A program made the translations under genes and the position numbers. A stretch of 64,000 nucleotides of DNA from an uncultured bacterium (GTDB lineage: Bacteria; Planctomycetota; Phycisphaerae; UBA1845): contig CBDUXT010000007.1 in the NCBI GenBank assembly GCA_965371245.1, positions 12,999 to 76,998 of the forward strand, read 5' to 3'. How positions within the stretch are numbered: the stretch's first letter is position 1; every line of letters begins with the position of its first letter. The notes beneath the pieces were generated by a model that searched no databases, had not been told where the DNA came from, and saw only the letters and a program-made list of their open reading frames with translations. Shown here one piece after another: positions 20,026-28,760 of the stretch.

Positions 20026-20667
20026 ATGTCGATCGTTCGATCCAACCGAGACGACGCAATTCTCGAAGCACTTGTACTGAAAGTGCGTGTGCTCTCACAG
20101 GAGATGATATCGCAGGCTTGGTGGTCAGAATCCGCGACGCCAAGCGTTCATGCCGGTCGCCGGCTCGAGCAGCTAACGAACGCTGATTTGCTCGAACGCA
20201 CCGACGTACTTGCCGAGCCGCTGCTGCCACTCGAAGCACCGATCTGTAGTTGGAAGCCCGGCGAGACCGACCCTGATTTCGAGGCCGTCGGCTACGCCTT
20301 ACAGAGCCGTTGGACCGAGCCACCACAACACACGCCGGTGTTTGTGGCGACCACCAAGTCCGTCAATCAGTACGGCGGTCGCGGGCGGGGCGGGCTTCAG
20401 CATCGCCTGCAGGCCACGCACGACCTTCACCTCGCGGCTGTCTATCTCCGCTATCTACGGCTCGACCCGGACTCGGCCACACGCTGGGTCGGCGAGGATC
20501 TGTTGGGGCAGGCCGGGTTCCGCATCAAGGATCCGGACGCCATCGTGCTCGGCTCCGATGGCAAACCCGACTGGGTTGTCGAGTTCGGCGGTCGCTACGA
20601 CGCCAGGCGGGTCAAGGAGTTTCACGAACACTGCGAACGGTTCGCCTTGAGGTATGAGCTATGGTGA
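20026..20667 (+). CDS. Replication-relaxation (Replic_Relax)-like wHTH protein, paralog 1
   Basis: AGGAG 8 nt upstream of ATG 20026. The N-terminal RDDAILEALVLKVRVLSQEMISQAWW...AGRRLEQLTNADLLER fits the wHTH pattern of that family. Its stop overlaps the next start (ATGGTGA). Confidence 0.45.
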   Translation: MSIVRSNRDDAILEALVLKVRVLSQEMISQAWWSESATPSVHAGRRLEQLTNADLLERTDVLAEPLLPLEAPICSWKPGETDPDFEAVGYALQSRWTEPPQHTPVFVATTKSVNQYGGRGRGGLQHRLQATHDLHLAAVYLRYLRLDPDSATRWVGEDLLGQAGFRIKDPDAIVLGSDGKPDWVVEFGGRYDARRVKEFHEHCERFALRYELW

Positions 20668-21350
20668 AAGAGCGCGACCTACAGCTCACCGACCGCGATA
20701 CCAGGATCCTCGATCACATTCGCGTGTTCCGCATGACCACGAAGGAGGTTCTGCAGCGCCTGTTTTTCGCCGGCCACGACATCGAGGCCGTAAAGAGCTG
20801 GCAGCGCCGTTTGCAGCGGGCAGGCTTGATTGGCACGGCCCACTTTATCAAGCCACGAAAGTACATCTACCTGACTGGCGATGCGATGCAGAAGGTCTAC
20901 GGAGAGCCGGCCAAGGCGGGCGGGCCGCTGACCGCGTTTCCACTCGCCCGCCAGTATGGCATCCTCGCGTTCTGCTGTCTGTTGGAATCGGTTCATCGCA
21001 AGATCAACGCGCGGCAGTTCTGCGACCGGTTCCCGACACTGGCGGACAACAAACTGCCGAAGGACTTCTACTACATCGACAAGGACAGCGACACGCACCG
21101 TCTTGGCTTGATCTACGTTGACCACGGTCGAAACGCGTCCCGAATCTATCAACGCTATCTGCGCATCGGCGGGCAACGGTTCAAGTGTTCATCGTGGCGG
21201 CAGGACGTCATCGAGCGCGATCGATTCATCGTCGCCATCGTGACCGCGAAGCCGGAGAAAAAGAAGCGAATCCAGGAAGTGTTTGATGGGCAAAGGCCGC
21301 GGATTCCGTACCGCATCGAGGCCGTCCCGGAACTGATTCACTTGATATAG
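20661..21350 (+). CDS. Replication-relaxation (Replic_Relax)-like wHTH protein, paralog 2
   Basis: LTDRDTRILDHIRVFRMTTKEVLQRLFFAGHDIEAVKSWQRRLQRAGLIGTAHF closely follows the family pattern (LT.RD..IL..L...R.lt..qv..lfF......a.rRL..L...GLi). Confidence 0.55.
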   Translation: MVKERDLQLTDRDTRILDHIRVFRMTTKEVLQRLFFAGHDIEAVKSWQRRLQRAGLIGTAHFIKPRKYIYLTGDAMQKVYGEPAKAGGPLTAFPLARQYGILAFCCLLESVHRKINARQFCDRFPTLADNKLPKDFYYIDKDSDTHRLGLIYVDHGRNASRIYQRYLRIGGQRFKCSSWRQDVIERDRFIVAIVTAKPEKKKRIQEVFDGQRPRIPYRIEAVPELIHLI

Positions 21351-21357
21351 GTTAGCC

Positions 21358-24288
21358 ATGCGACCGACCCTAGCAGAAACACGTGACCCCCTAAATCTTC
21401 CCGCCATGCCTCCGATGGATGGGCTCGAGTTGGACTACCGCACCGGAGCGCCACCGCAAGGCTTTCGTGGAGCGGCTGTTGGTCGCTACCTTGTCAGCGC
21501 TTCGTTCGCCGGGATTGTGGTCCTGATTGCACTTCGCCTTTCCGGCTTGCTCGATGTTCTGACCTCGCCGTTCGTGCTTGCCTGCGTCGTCCTGCTCTGT
21601 TGCGTGGCAGCGCTCTACCATTATCTCTACCTGTCGCACCGGTACGTGTGCATCGCCTGGCTCGTGGCAGGCCCCACGATCTGGTTTCTCATCATCGTGA
21701 CCCACGGCGCTGGACAGTTCCTGCTCTGTCTGGCACCGATCGGGTTTGCGACGTATGTCGCCCGCGCGATGGTCCTGCACCACGGCGCGTGGATGCACGC
21801 CAATCCCCACATGGGACGTGAAGACCGCCTTGCCTGGCGTGGTATCTGGGCGTCTGAAACGGCACGTGACACCGTTGCGTCGCCGGTACGCCTCTCCGCG
21901 CGATCCGAATGGCGTGAGCGCCGGCGATTCACCTGGGCCTTTAGCGTAGTTTGGCTCGCCGCCACGCTGGCTCTGATGACCTACGCCTCAAGACGCCCCT
22001 TCGCCGGCATCATGGCCCTCACGCTGTTTACTTCCGTGCTTGTACTCTTTGGCGTGATCAACACCTTGGACTACCCAGGTGCTCGCGTATCCCTGTTCAA
22101 GTGCGCAGGCTGCGTTTGGCGCGCGATTGTGTCGTGGTTTACGTACAATCCCGGAGACGTGGTCGCGCCGGGGGTTTTCCAGAGCCCCGGTGGATGGCTT
22201 GCCCATCGACATCGAATGACGCAGCTCGCCATCGGCGCCCTCGCGACGACGGTTGTGCCGCTGGCCTCGTATTTCCCGGTTGCCGTGATGGCGGCGCCCG
22301 CGGAGCAGTGGTTGCGGGCGGCGAGCCGGCCGTTGCCGTGGATCGAAGGAGGTGCCGATCGAGGAGTACCCATCCCGGCGCCGCCAACGCGTAACCAAGT
22401 TCTGGCCCGTCTCACCCAGGCTCAGCGCGTCTACCTTGACCAGCTCTCATCAGAGAATCAGCGGCGAAGATACCTGAACCAGGTTGCCACCGTGCTTCAT
22501 CAAGCCGCCGTCACTGAAGCGTTTCAACCGGCCTTTGATCGACTGACCACACCGCCTGAGTCCTGGCTGCTCGTCGCGGCCATTCAGGTCTACAACGGTC
22601 AAACCCAGTATGTCTGGGCCCTGACCATATCCTTGGCGATGTGCCTGATCGCCGGGCCGGTGGTTTTCTTCGCCGTTTGCTTCGCTGTCGGAGCCCGAAC
22701 CCTTGCCCACTTCTATCTTACACTCGACGCACCGGATGCCAGATACCACCGTTCCGACACAGTGTCGGCGTGGGATGCCTACCAGAAGCGTCTAGCCGAG
22801 TCACGTCACCTCACTCAGGACCGTATCGGCCGTCGTATCCGCGAACGTGACCACCTGCTGATCGGGCTGAACACCATCAACGATTATCCCGTTCTCTTGC
22901 ATCAGGACATCCTGACCGAACACGCACACTTCACCGGCGATTCCGGATCAGGCAAGAGCGCACTGGGGATCGCCCCAATCCTAACGCAACTGATCGGCAG
23001 GCCGGCCAGCTCCATCGTGGTGCTCGACCTCAAGGGCGATCGAGCGCTGTTCGAGTGTGCCCGCCTCGAAGCCCAGCGCCAAGGCATCCCGTTTCGATGG
23101 TTCACCAACCAGCCTAACAGTGCGACGTTTGCGTTCAATCCGTTTCTTCAGGCGCAGATGAAACAGATCTCCCGCGTGCAGCTCGCGGAGGTACTACTGA
23201 AATCGATGGGCCTCGAGTATGGCGGGGGGTACGGGCGCGCCTACTTCTCCTCGATGCATCGCGACGTGCTTACGAAACTCCTCGTTCAATTCCCTGAGAT
23301 CGACTCGTTCCGGTTGTTGTACCATTACCTCACGAACGCACGTGACTACATCGACGTCACGCGCGAGCAGCAGAGCCGTGGGGCGCACCTGATCACAACG
23401 GTCGGCATGCTAGCCGCGATAGACGCACTCAACGTTCGTCCAAACGACGCCGCTGACGAAGAAATCTTTGCCCGGCGCATCGACATGTCCGAAGTGGTTG
23501 CAAACCCCAACGTTGTGTATTTCCACCTCAAGACCCAGCTTCAAGAGGCCACGATGAGCGAGGTGGCCAAGCTAGCGCTCTTCTCACTACTCACCGCCGC
23601 CGTTCTGAACCCTGCTCGCGATCACCAGGTCTATCTGTTCGTTGACGAGTTTCAGCAGATCGTCTCGTCGGACATCGAGATCGTCCTCAGGATGGCCCGT
23701 GACTCAGGTATCGCGACCATCCTTGCCAATCAGACAATCAGTGACCTCGTCACGCATGATGCCGATCTGAGGCCAACGGTCCAAGCCAACACACGCTTCA
23801 AGCTCGTCTATTCGGCTACAGATCTCGCGCAGCAAGATGACGTTATCAAGGCGTCCGGGGAGGCGTTATACGAGATGTTCAACGTGACCGAGAGCTTCGA
23901 GAAAGGGCCCAGGGGTTTCTCCAGGAACGAACAGATCGGCCCCAGGATCAGACGCAACGATGTCATTCTCGCAAGCGACGACGAAAACCGAAGCATCGCC
24001 CACATCTCACGCGGTCGTGGCTACACCCAGTTCGGCGGCTTCCCGTTCCCGATGTATACGGCGTTTCACATTCCCAACGAAGAGTACGTGCGGCGAAGAA
24101 AAGCGCCGCCACCGGAACCCGCAGCCTATCCCGGCTCCTTTGTGGAGCCCCTCGACGGCGGTACTCGGGGTCTCCCGGCTACACCAGCCCAACAGCCCCC
24201 TCCAGCGGCTGAAGCACGACCCGTTCCATCTGACCCGGTCGAGCAGGGCCGGATCGATGACATCGGAGTGATACTCGATGAGTTCTAA
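21358..24288 (+). CDS. Polytopic membrane-anchored P-loop ATPase, type IV coupling protein (TraD/VirD4)-like (976 aa)
   Basis: The first ~480 aa contain many hydrophobic helices. They are followed by Walker A HFTGDSGSGKSALG, VVLDLKGD, Walker B VYLFVDEFQQIV and ILANQTISDL. Confidence 0.6.
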   Translation: MRPTLAETRDPLNLPAMPPMDGLELDYRTGAPPQGFRGAAVGRYLVSASFAGIVVLIALRLSGLLDVLTSPFVLACVVLLCCVAALYHYLYLSHRYVCIAWLVAGPTIWFLIIVTHGAGQFLLCLAPIGFATYVARAMVLHHGAWMHANPHMGREDRLAWRGIWASETARDTVASPVRLSARSEWRERRRFTWAFSVVWLAATLALMTYASRRPFAGIMALTLFTSVLVLFGVINTLDYPGARVSLFKCAGCVWRAIVSWFTYNPGDVVAPGVFQSPGGWLAHRHRMTQLAIGALATTVVPLASYFPVAVMAAPAEQWLRAASRPLPWIEGGADRGVPIPAPPTRNQVLARLTQAQRVYLDQLSSENQRRRYLNQVATVLHQAAVTEAFQPAFDRLTTPPESWLLVAAIQVYNGQTQYVWALTISLAMCLIAGPVVFFAVCFAVGARTLAHFYLTLDAPDARYHRSDTVSAWDAYQKRLAESRHLTQDRIGRRIRERDHLLIGLNTINDYPVLLHQDILTEHAHFTGDSGSGKSALGIAPILTQLIGRPASSIVVLDLKGDRALFECARLEAQRQGIPFRWFTNQPNSATFAFNPFLQAQMKQISRVQLAEVLLKSMGLEYGGGYGRAYFSSMHRDVLTKLLVQFPEIDSFRLLYHYLTNARDYIDVTREQQSRGAHLITTVGMLAAIDALNVRPNDAADEEIFARRIDMSEVVANPNVVYFHLKTQLQEATMSEVAKLALFSLLTAAVLNPARDHQVYLFVDEFQQIVSSDIEIVLRMARDSGIATILANQTISDLVTHDADLRPTVQANTRFKLVYSATDLAQQDDVIKASGEALYEMFNVTESFEKGPRGFSRNEQIGPRIRRNDVILASDDENRSIAHISRGRGYTQFGGFPFPMYTAFHIPNEEYVRRRKAPPPEPAAYPGSFVEPLDGGTRGLPATPAQQPPPAAEARPVPSDPVEQGRIDDIGVILDEF

Positions 24289-25630
24289 CGAAGGAGCCAC
24301 CACCATGTCGCATGATGAATCGAAGAGCATCGGTTTCCCTCCCTTGATGGCCGCGGTCTTCGCCGGCGCCATGCTGCTACTCGTAGCTTACTCGCTCTTC
24401 TCCGCCCAGTGGGGCACCGTCTCGGTGGGCTTGGTCGATGTAGGGTCGGCCTCCGGATCAGCCACCGACTTCGTCCCGGCCCAACAAAACGTGCTTGAGA
24501 GCGTCGAAAACGAACGCCGCGCGTTGGCCAAGACGCGATTGCTGATGCTGTCGCAGGAATCCGAGGAGGTCAGCGCACTCGTGGCTGACCTCGAGATCGA
24601 GATCAGGGCGTGGGAGGCCGAGATCCTTCCGCTCTTGGAGAATGACTCCGGAAAATCACTTGCCCTCAACCCGGACTACGTCGAAGTGTTTCGTCAAATC
24701 CAGTCGAGCACGAGTCGTTCGGATCGTGGGACGCCCGAACACCATCGTGCATTGCTGGCAAGCATCATGGAGCCGGTGGAGAAAGCGCTCGCGGACCCAT
24801 CCTTCGCCTACTCGCCGAGTGAACAGCTCATCACCCAACTGGACAGCCTCAAGACTTCAATCCAGGAGGCGATCAAGTCCTACCGCGAACCACGGCAACA
24901 GATCCAAAGCATAGTCTCGACCCACCTCCGGAATCCAGTAGCGGCCCCTGGTGAGCTGACGCTACGACAGACGCTTGAAGCGCTCGCAGAGTGCGAAGCG
25001 ATGGAGCAGGCGCAGGCCATTGCTGATGCCGTTGCGGCAGAACGAGCCAAGGCGCAGGAAGAATTCGCCGCCCTGGAAGCCGAGAAGGCTCGCAACGAGG
25101 CCGCCCGAGAGCTGGCGCGACAGCGTCAAGAAGAGCGGAACCGTCAAGCCGAAGCCGAGCGAAGCCTGGCTCGCCAGCGCGAAGACGAACAGCGTCGTGC
25201 GGCCGCCGCCAAGATCGCCGAGGTGCATCGACGCGCGGCCGATCCAGCGATTCAAGCCAAGTACAAGCCGTTTCTGGCGAAGGGAAGGTTTCGCTTCTTT
25301 CCGGGCGGACAGAGGGCCTACAAACCCAAGGGCTACCGATACCCTCGACCAGCGTCCTTCAAGCGCCTTCGAGAGTGTGGCATACTCCGAAACATCGTTG
25401 TCTTCTTGAAGACCGGCAAAGGCTCGATTGGTGGGCGTCAGACGAACTACGGCAATGTCATCTACTACGTGGACAGCGACGGTTTTGCCAGCCAAGGCTA
25501 CGGCAATGACCGACCAACCTGGTCCGGATACCCCAATACAGAAGCCCAGTGGCGAGCGGCTACCGCTCGTTTCCGAGAGTTTCTCGAACTCGCTCCGTAC
25601 TGGATCAAGAGCGGCGTACTACTTCCGTAG
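24278..25630 (+). CDS. Membrane-anchored coiled-coil protein (450 aa)
   Basis: Overlaps the upstream stop by 11 nt (alternative ATG at 24305 after GAAGGAG). TM helix FPPLMAAVFAGAMLLLVAYSLF. Long charged E/R/A/Q heptad-like stretch (ERAKAQEEFAALEAEKARNEAARELARQRQEERNRQAEAERSLARQRE). Confidence 0.6.
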   Translation: MSSNEGATTMSHDESKSIGFPPLMAAVFAGAMLLLVAYSLFSAQWGTVSVGLVDVGSASGSATDFVPAQQNVLESVENERRALAKTRLLMLSQESEEVSALVADLEIEIRAWEAEILPLLENDSGKSLALNPDYVEVFRQIQSSTSRSDRGTPEHHRALLASIMEPVEKALADPSFAYSPSEQLITQLDSLKTSIQEAIKSYREPRQQIQSIVSTHLRNPVAAPGELTLRQTLEALAECEAMEQAQAIADAVAAERAKAQEEFAALEAEKARNEAARELARQRQEERNRQAEAERSLARQREDEQRRAAAAKIAEVHRRAADPAIQAKYKPFLAKGRFRFFPGGQRAYKPKGYRYPRPASFKRLRECGILRNIVVFLKTGKGSIGGRQTNYGNVIYYVDSDGFASQGYGNDRPTWSGYPNTEAQWRAATARFREFLELAPYWIKSGVLLP

Positions 25631-25741
25631 TGATCGCTTGCATGCGGCCACCGAGTTGTGCTAGAAAAAAGGGCGAGGCCCCGAGTTGGCACAAACTCGG
25701 AGACTCGCCAAAACCTCTCGACAACAAACCTAAAACGGCAC

Positions 25742-25912
25742 CTAACTGGTGAAGTGGTCAATGCAAAGGAACACCCACAGGGCACACAATCCTAGTATCA
25801 GTAGGATGCGCTTCCAAAGTGGTGGGCCAAACGGATGCTCGCGTTGGACAGTAAACTGCCCCACATCCACTTCTCTCCAACGGTCGCCGCCTGGACGGAA
25901 CAGGATCTTCAT
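25742..25912 (-). CDS. Possible 56-aa single-pass membrane peptide (below the ORF-track size cut-off)
   Basis: GGAGGA 6 nt upstream of ATG 25912. MKILFRPGGDRWREVDVGQFTVQREHPFGPPLWKRILLILGLCALWVFLCIDHFTS has a C-terminal TM helix. Lies 45 nt downstream of the PC4-like gene on the same strand. Confidence 0.35.
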   Translation of the reverse strand: MKILFRPGGDRWREVDVGQFTVQREHPFGPPLWKRILLILGLCALWVFLCIDHFTS

Positions 25913-25957
25913 GCTAAATCCTCCAGGGTTTGCCTGGGCTTGCAGCCCAGGCGGGTT

Positions 25958-26260
25958 CTACTTCTTGGGTCTTGAAGCAGCGTATCGCGGATCAACCCCA
26001 TTGGTTTTTGGGATGAGCAATCGAGCCGCATCCCGAACCCATGCGCCGGCACGAATCGCCGCACGGGCCACGTCCTCGAGGTCCTCGGGGTAGAAGGCAG
26101 CTCGATACCCCTTCGCCCCATCGCTGGACGTTTCCAAACGGCGCAGGCTGATCTTCAGTATCAGGCCACCCTTCGGGGCTCTGTTGGCCCAGACGGTCGC
26201 ATGAACCATGCCGAACGTAAATTCCTGCACCGGTATTCCGGTCTGTTTCTTGTCTTCCAT
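25958..26260 (-). CDS. Small PC4-like (putative ssDNA-binding) protein, paralog 1
   Basis: EFTFGMVHATVWANRAPKGGLILKISLRRL...GYRAAFYPEDLEDVARAAIRAGAWV aligns by eye with the paralogs at 28078 and 48231. Confidence 0.55.
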   Translation of the reverse strand: MEDKKQTGIPVQEFTFGMVHATVWANRAPKGGLILKISLRRLETSSDGAKGYRAAFYPEDLEDVARAAIRAGAWVRDAARLLIPKTNGVDPRYAASRPKK

Positions 26261-27012
26261 GGCATCCTCATCGGATTCTTACCGCCAAAGTTCTTCAACG
26301 GTATCTGTTACAATCTCCTCGTCCACCACCACTCCGGCGACAGCTCATGCATGCACAAGCAGCCGACGCAATGTCGTGTAACGAGTTGAGAATGTCGTGA
26401 AGAGCGCTCTGTCGAAAGGCAACGCCGATTGTATTGTCACGCCCGGGCGCTCGCAGGCGGATGGTCGTCGTTCATTCTAGTATCTCGCCCTGAACGACGA
26501 GGGCGGAACCACAAACCCAAAAGGGATTGTCTTCGTTAGCCGGAATCGCTTCTGAACTTGCCAAAGAGCACGCGGCCAAGGCCGCCACTCCATTATACCC
26601 TGCGGCCTCGCCCGCGAGGGCCTTCGGTGGCAAGAATCGCCCAGGCTGGACAGCGGCAGTCCGCCCGTCGGTCACGGTTGGTTCCCTTGGGGCTTCGTTG
26701 GTCTTGTTGAGTCGCGTGTGTCCTAGACATCTTTTTGCGCTTTTTCCCACGGTGGTCGAAGGTTGGTCGTGCGTTTGGGCCAGTTGCGCGACGACGACCA
26801 CCTGGCCGTGGTCTGTGTGCGTTACCCGGCGCACTTGACAATTCTCGTGTTTTCTGTCGTTAATAGACGCTTCACGCAGTTCCTTGTCATCTCGCAAATC
26901 TGAGTAGTTCATCCAACCCCGAAACTCATCGACCGCTTGCCCGAGCCGCCGCCGAGTGTTCGGTGGTGCAAGTCACGGTTTTCACGCGGTTTTCAAGCTG
27001 ACAGGAGGAGCT

Positions 27013-28038
27013 ATGCGCACGCTCAACGATGCAAGCCAACAACTTTTCGAACGGTCTCCCGACGAGCGATTCGAATCACTTCGAACGCTCTGGGAGCACT
27101 GCCAACAGGAGAAAGCGGAATCACTTGACCGGTGGGTTCCGCCGGAACAGTTCCGAGCGGAGCCCGACGCCGGAGGGCTGAGACTCAGCGTCGGCGAGGA
27201 TTCGCTACGTTTGAACGATTGGAGCTTCGGCCAGGTCTGCCGGCTTGCCGGCGTCACCAAAGATACCGTCAATCGCCTGTCGCCCGATACCGCGGCAAGT
27301 GTCATGGAAGAGACACTGCCTCGGAACGGGAAGCCGTTTCAGGTGCTTACGCGAGACCACCGCGTCCGCGCGGTCCATGGAGCGAGCTACACCCGGCTCT
27401 ACAACGCCGACCTGCTCACGATGCTCCGTGAGTTCGCGACGGATTTCGAGCCGGCGCCCGTCGGCGTCAACGGCGCGACCGGATTGTATTGCGGAGAGCA
27501 AGATATGTTCTGCTTCCTGATCGATCCGTCGGGCTGGGCGGAGATTGCCGGTGAGGCCTTCGCTCCGGGTTTTTTCGTTTGGAACTCAGAGGTCGGACGC
27601 CGTTCGCTCGGTGTCAAGACGTTCTGGTTTCAGGCCGTCTGCCAGAATCACATCGTCTGGGACGCGGTCGAGGTCGTGGAGTTCAGCCGCAAACACACGG
27701 CCAAGGTCCACGACGGGCTTCGCGACATCCGCGACATCATCGCCCGCCTAGTCGAAAGCCGCGACCGCCGCCGCGACAGCTTTGTGCGCGTGGTGGAAAA
27801 AGCCGCCGCTCAGCGACTTGGTTCCGACGCCGACGAGGTTCTCGAAGTTCTCAAGGACCGCGGCATCCGGCGAACGCTCGCCAAGGAGGCCGTGCAACTC
27901 GCCGAAGCCAATGGCCGCGGATTCACGGTGTTTGCGATTGTGGACGCCCTCACACGCGTCGCCGGCCGAATGAAGTACGCCGGCGACCGCGTAGAGGCTG
28001 ATGAGAAGGCCGGGAAGCTGCTTGCGCTCGTAGCGTAA
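27013..28038 (+). CDS. DUF932-like (phage/plasmid-associated) protein
   Basis: AGGAGGAG upstream of ATG 27013. The core LYCGEQDMFCFLID...GFFVWNSEVGRRSLGVKTFWFQAVCQNHIVW matches my recollection of the DUF932 signature (..DrDmF.fl....GF...NSevG..sl........vC.N). Confidence 0.65.
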   Translation: MRTLNDASQQLFERSPDERFESLRTLWEHCQQEKAESLDRWVPPEQFRAEPDAGGLRLSVGEDSLRLNDWSFGQVCRLAGVTKDTVNRLSPDTAASVMEETLPRNGKPFQVLTRDHRVRAVHGASYTRLYNADLLTMLREFATDFEPAPVGVNGATGLYCGEQDMFCFLIDPSGWAEIAGEAFAPGFFVWNSEVGRRSLGVKTFWFQAVCQNHIVWDAVEVVEFSRKHTAKVHDGLRDIRDIIARLVESRDRRRDSFVRVVEKAAAQRLGSDADEVLEVLKDRGIRRTLAKEAVQLAEANGRGFTVFAIVDALTRVAGRMKYAGDRVEADEKAGKLLALVA

Positions 28039-28077
28039 GCGGCTCCCGGCCATGGTTAACAACAAGGAGAAAAGAGA

Positions 28078-28350
28078 ATGGCTAACAACAAACCTGTTCA
28101 CGAAGTTCGGCTCGGCGTCGTCAAGGCCGCTGTTTGGGCAAACGACACCAAGGTCGGCGTCCGTTACGGCGTGACCTTCCAGCGCCTGTACAAGGACGGC
28201 GACGAGTGGAAGACGACCGAGAGCTTCGGTCGTGACGACCTGCCGCTTGTCGCCAAGGTCGCCGACATGGTCCACACCTGGATCTACCAGGAAGGGCGAA
28301 ACGGCAACGGCGCCGAACGCACGGAGTCCGACTCCGGCGACGGATCGTAG
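28078..28350 (+). CDS. Small PC4-like (putative ssDNA-binding) protein, paralog 2
   Basis: AAGGAGAA upstream of the ATG. VHEVRLGVVKAAVWANDTKVGVRYGVTFQRLYKDGDEWKTTESFGRDDLPLVAKVADMVHTWI, then an acidic/Gly tail. Confidence 0.7.
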   Translation: MANNKPVHEVRLGVVKAAVWANDTKVGVRYGVTFQRLYKDGDEWKTTESFGRDDLPLVAKVADMVHTWIYQEGRNGNGAERTESDSGDGS

Positions 28351-28760
28351 ATACGGACGGTTTTCCAGAGGCCCAAACCGCACCACCGGGCCTCTACCGG
28401 ATTCTCGCCTCCGCAGGCGCCTTGAGTATTGCACTGTACGAGTTTCGAACGGAAAGACCGGGCGCTCCGGCCCCAGAGAGTTCCATCGCAGTGACAACCA
28501 CCAAATCAGACGACCATGTAGGAAGGTGCCGAATCTCACCCCGCCGCGGCGTTGCCACGGAGCCCAGCCAGAGGCGAGAACCCGGAGCCGACGGCCGTAG
28601 ATGAGAGGCGCTAACAAACAACCGACTATTCGTGTTCCGTTGGTCTGACATATCAGCCGAGCGTTTCGACACTGGACGGCATTTGAATACAGGCAATACC
28701 GGAATCTCCTCATAAACTGCGACAGCCGCAACGACAGAGACAACCGGTTGTAGGATGTCC

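Larger units (their letters stand above)
12953..28350. mobile_element. Plasmid/ICE-like block (maintenance + putative DNA-transfer genes); boundaries not defined
   Basis: Clustering of a Rep-like wHTH protein, parA plus a small partner, Replic_Relax-like x2, a T4CP-like ATPase, a DUF932-like protein and PC4-like small proteins. No relaxase, VirB4 or att repeats were recognised. Confidence 0.4.

Noticed and set aside
26472-26912. 146-aa minus-strand ORF between the PC4-like gene and the DUF932-like gene.
   Set aside because: There is no RBS-like sequence and no recognisable motif, and the composition is mixed. It is kept as unresolved rather than called.
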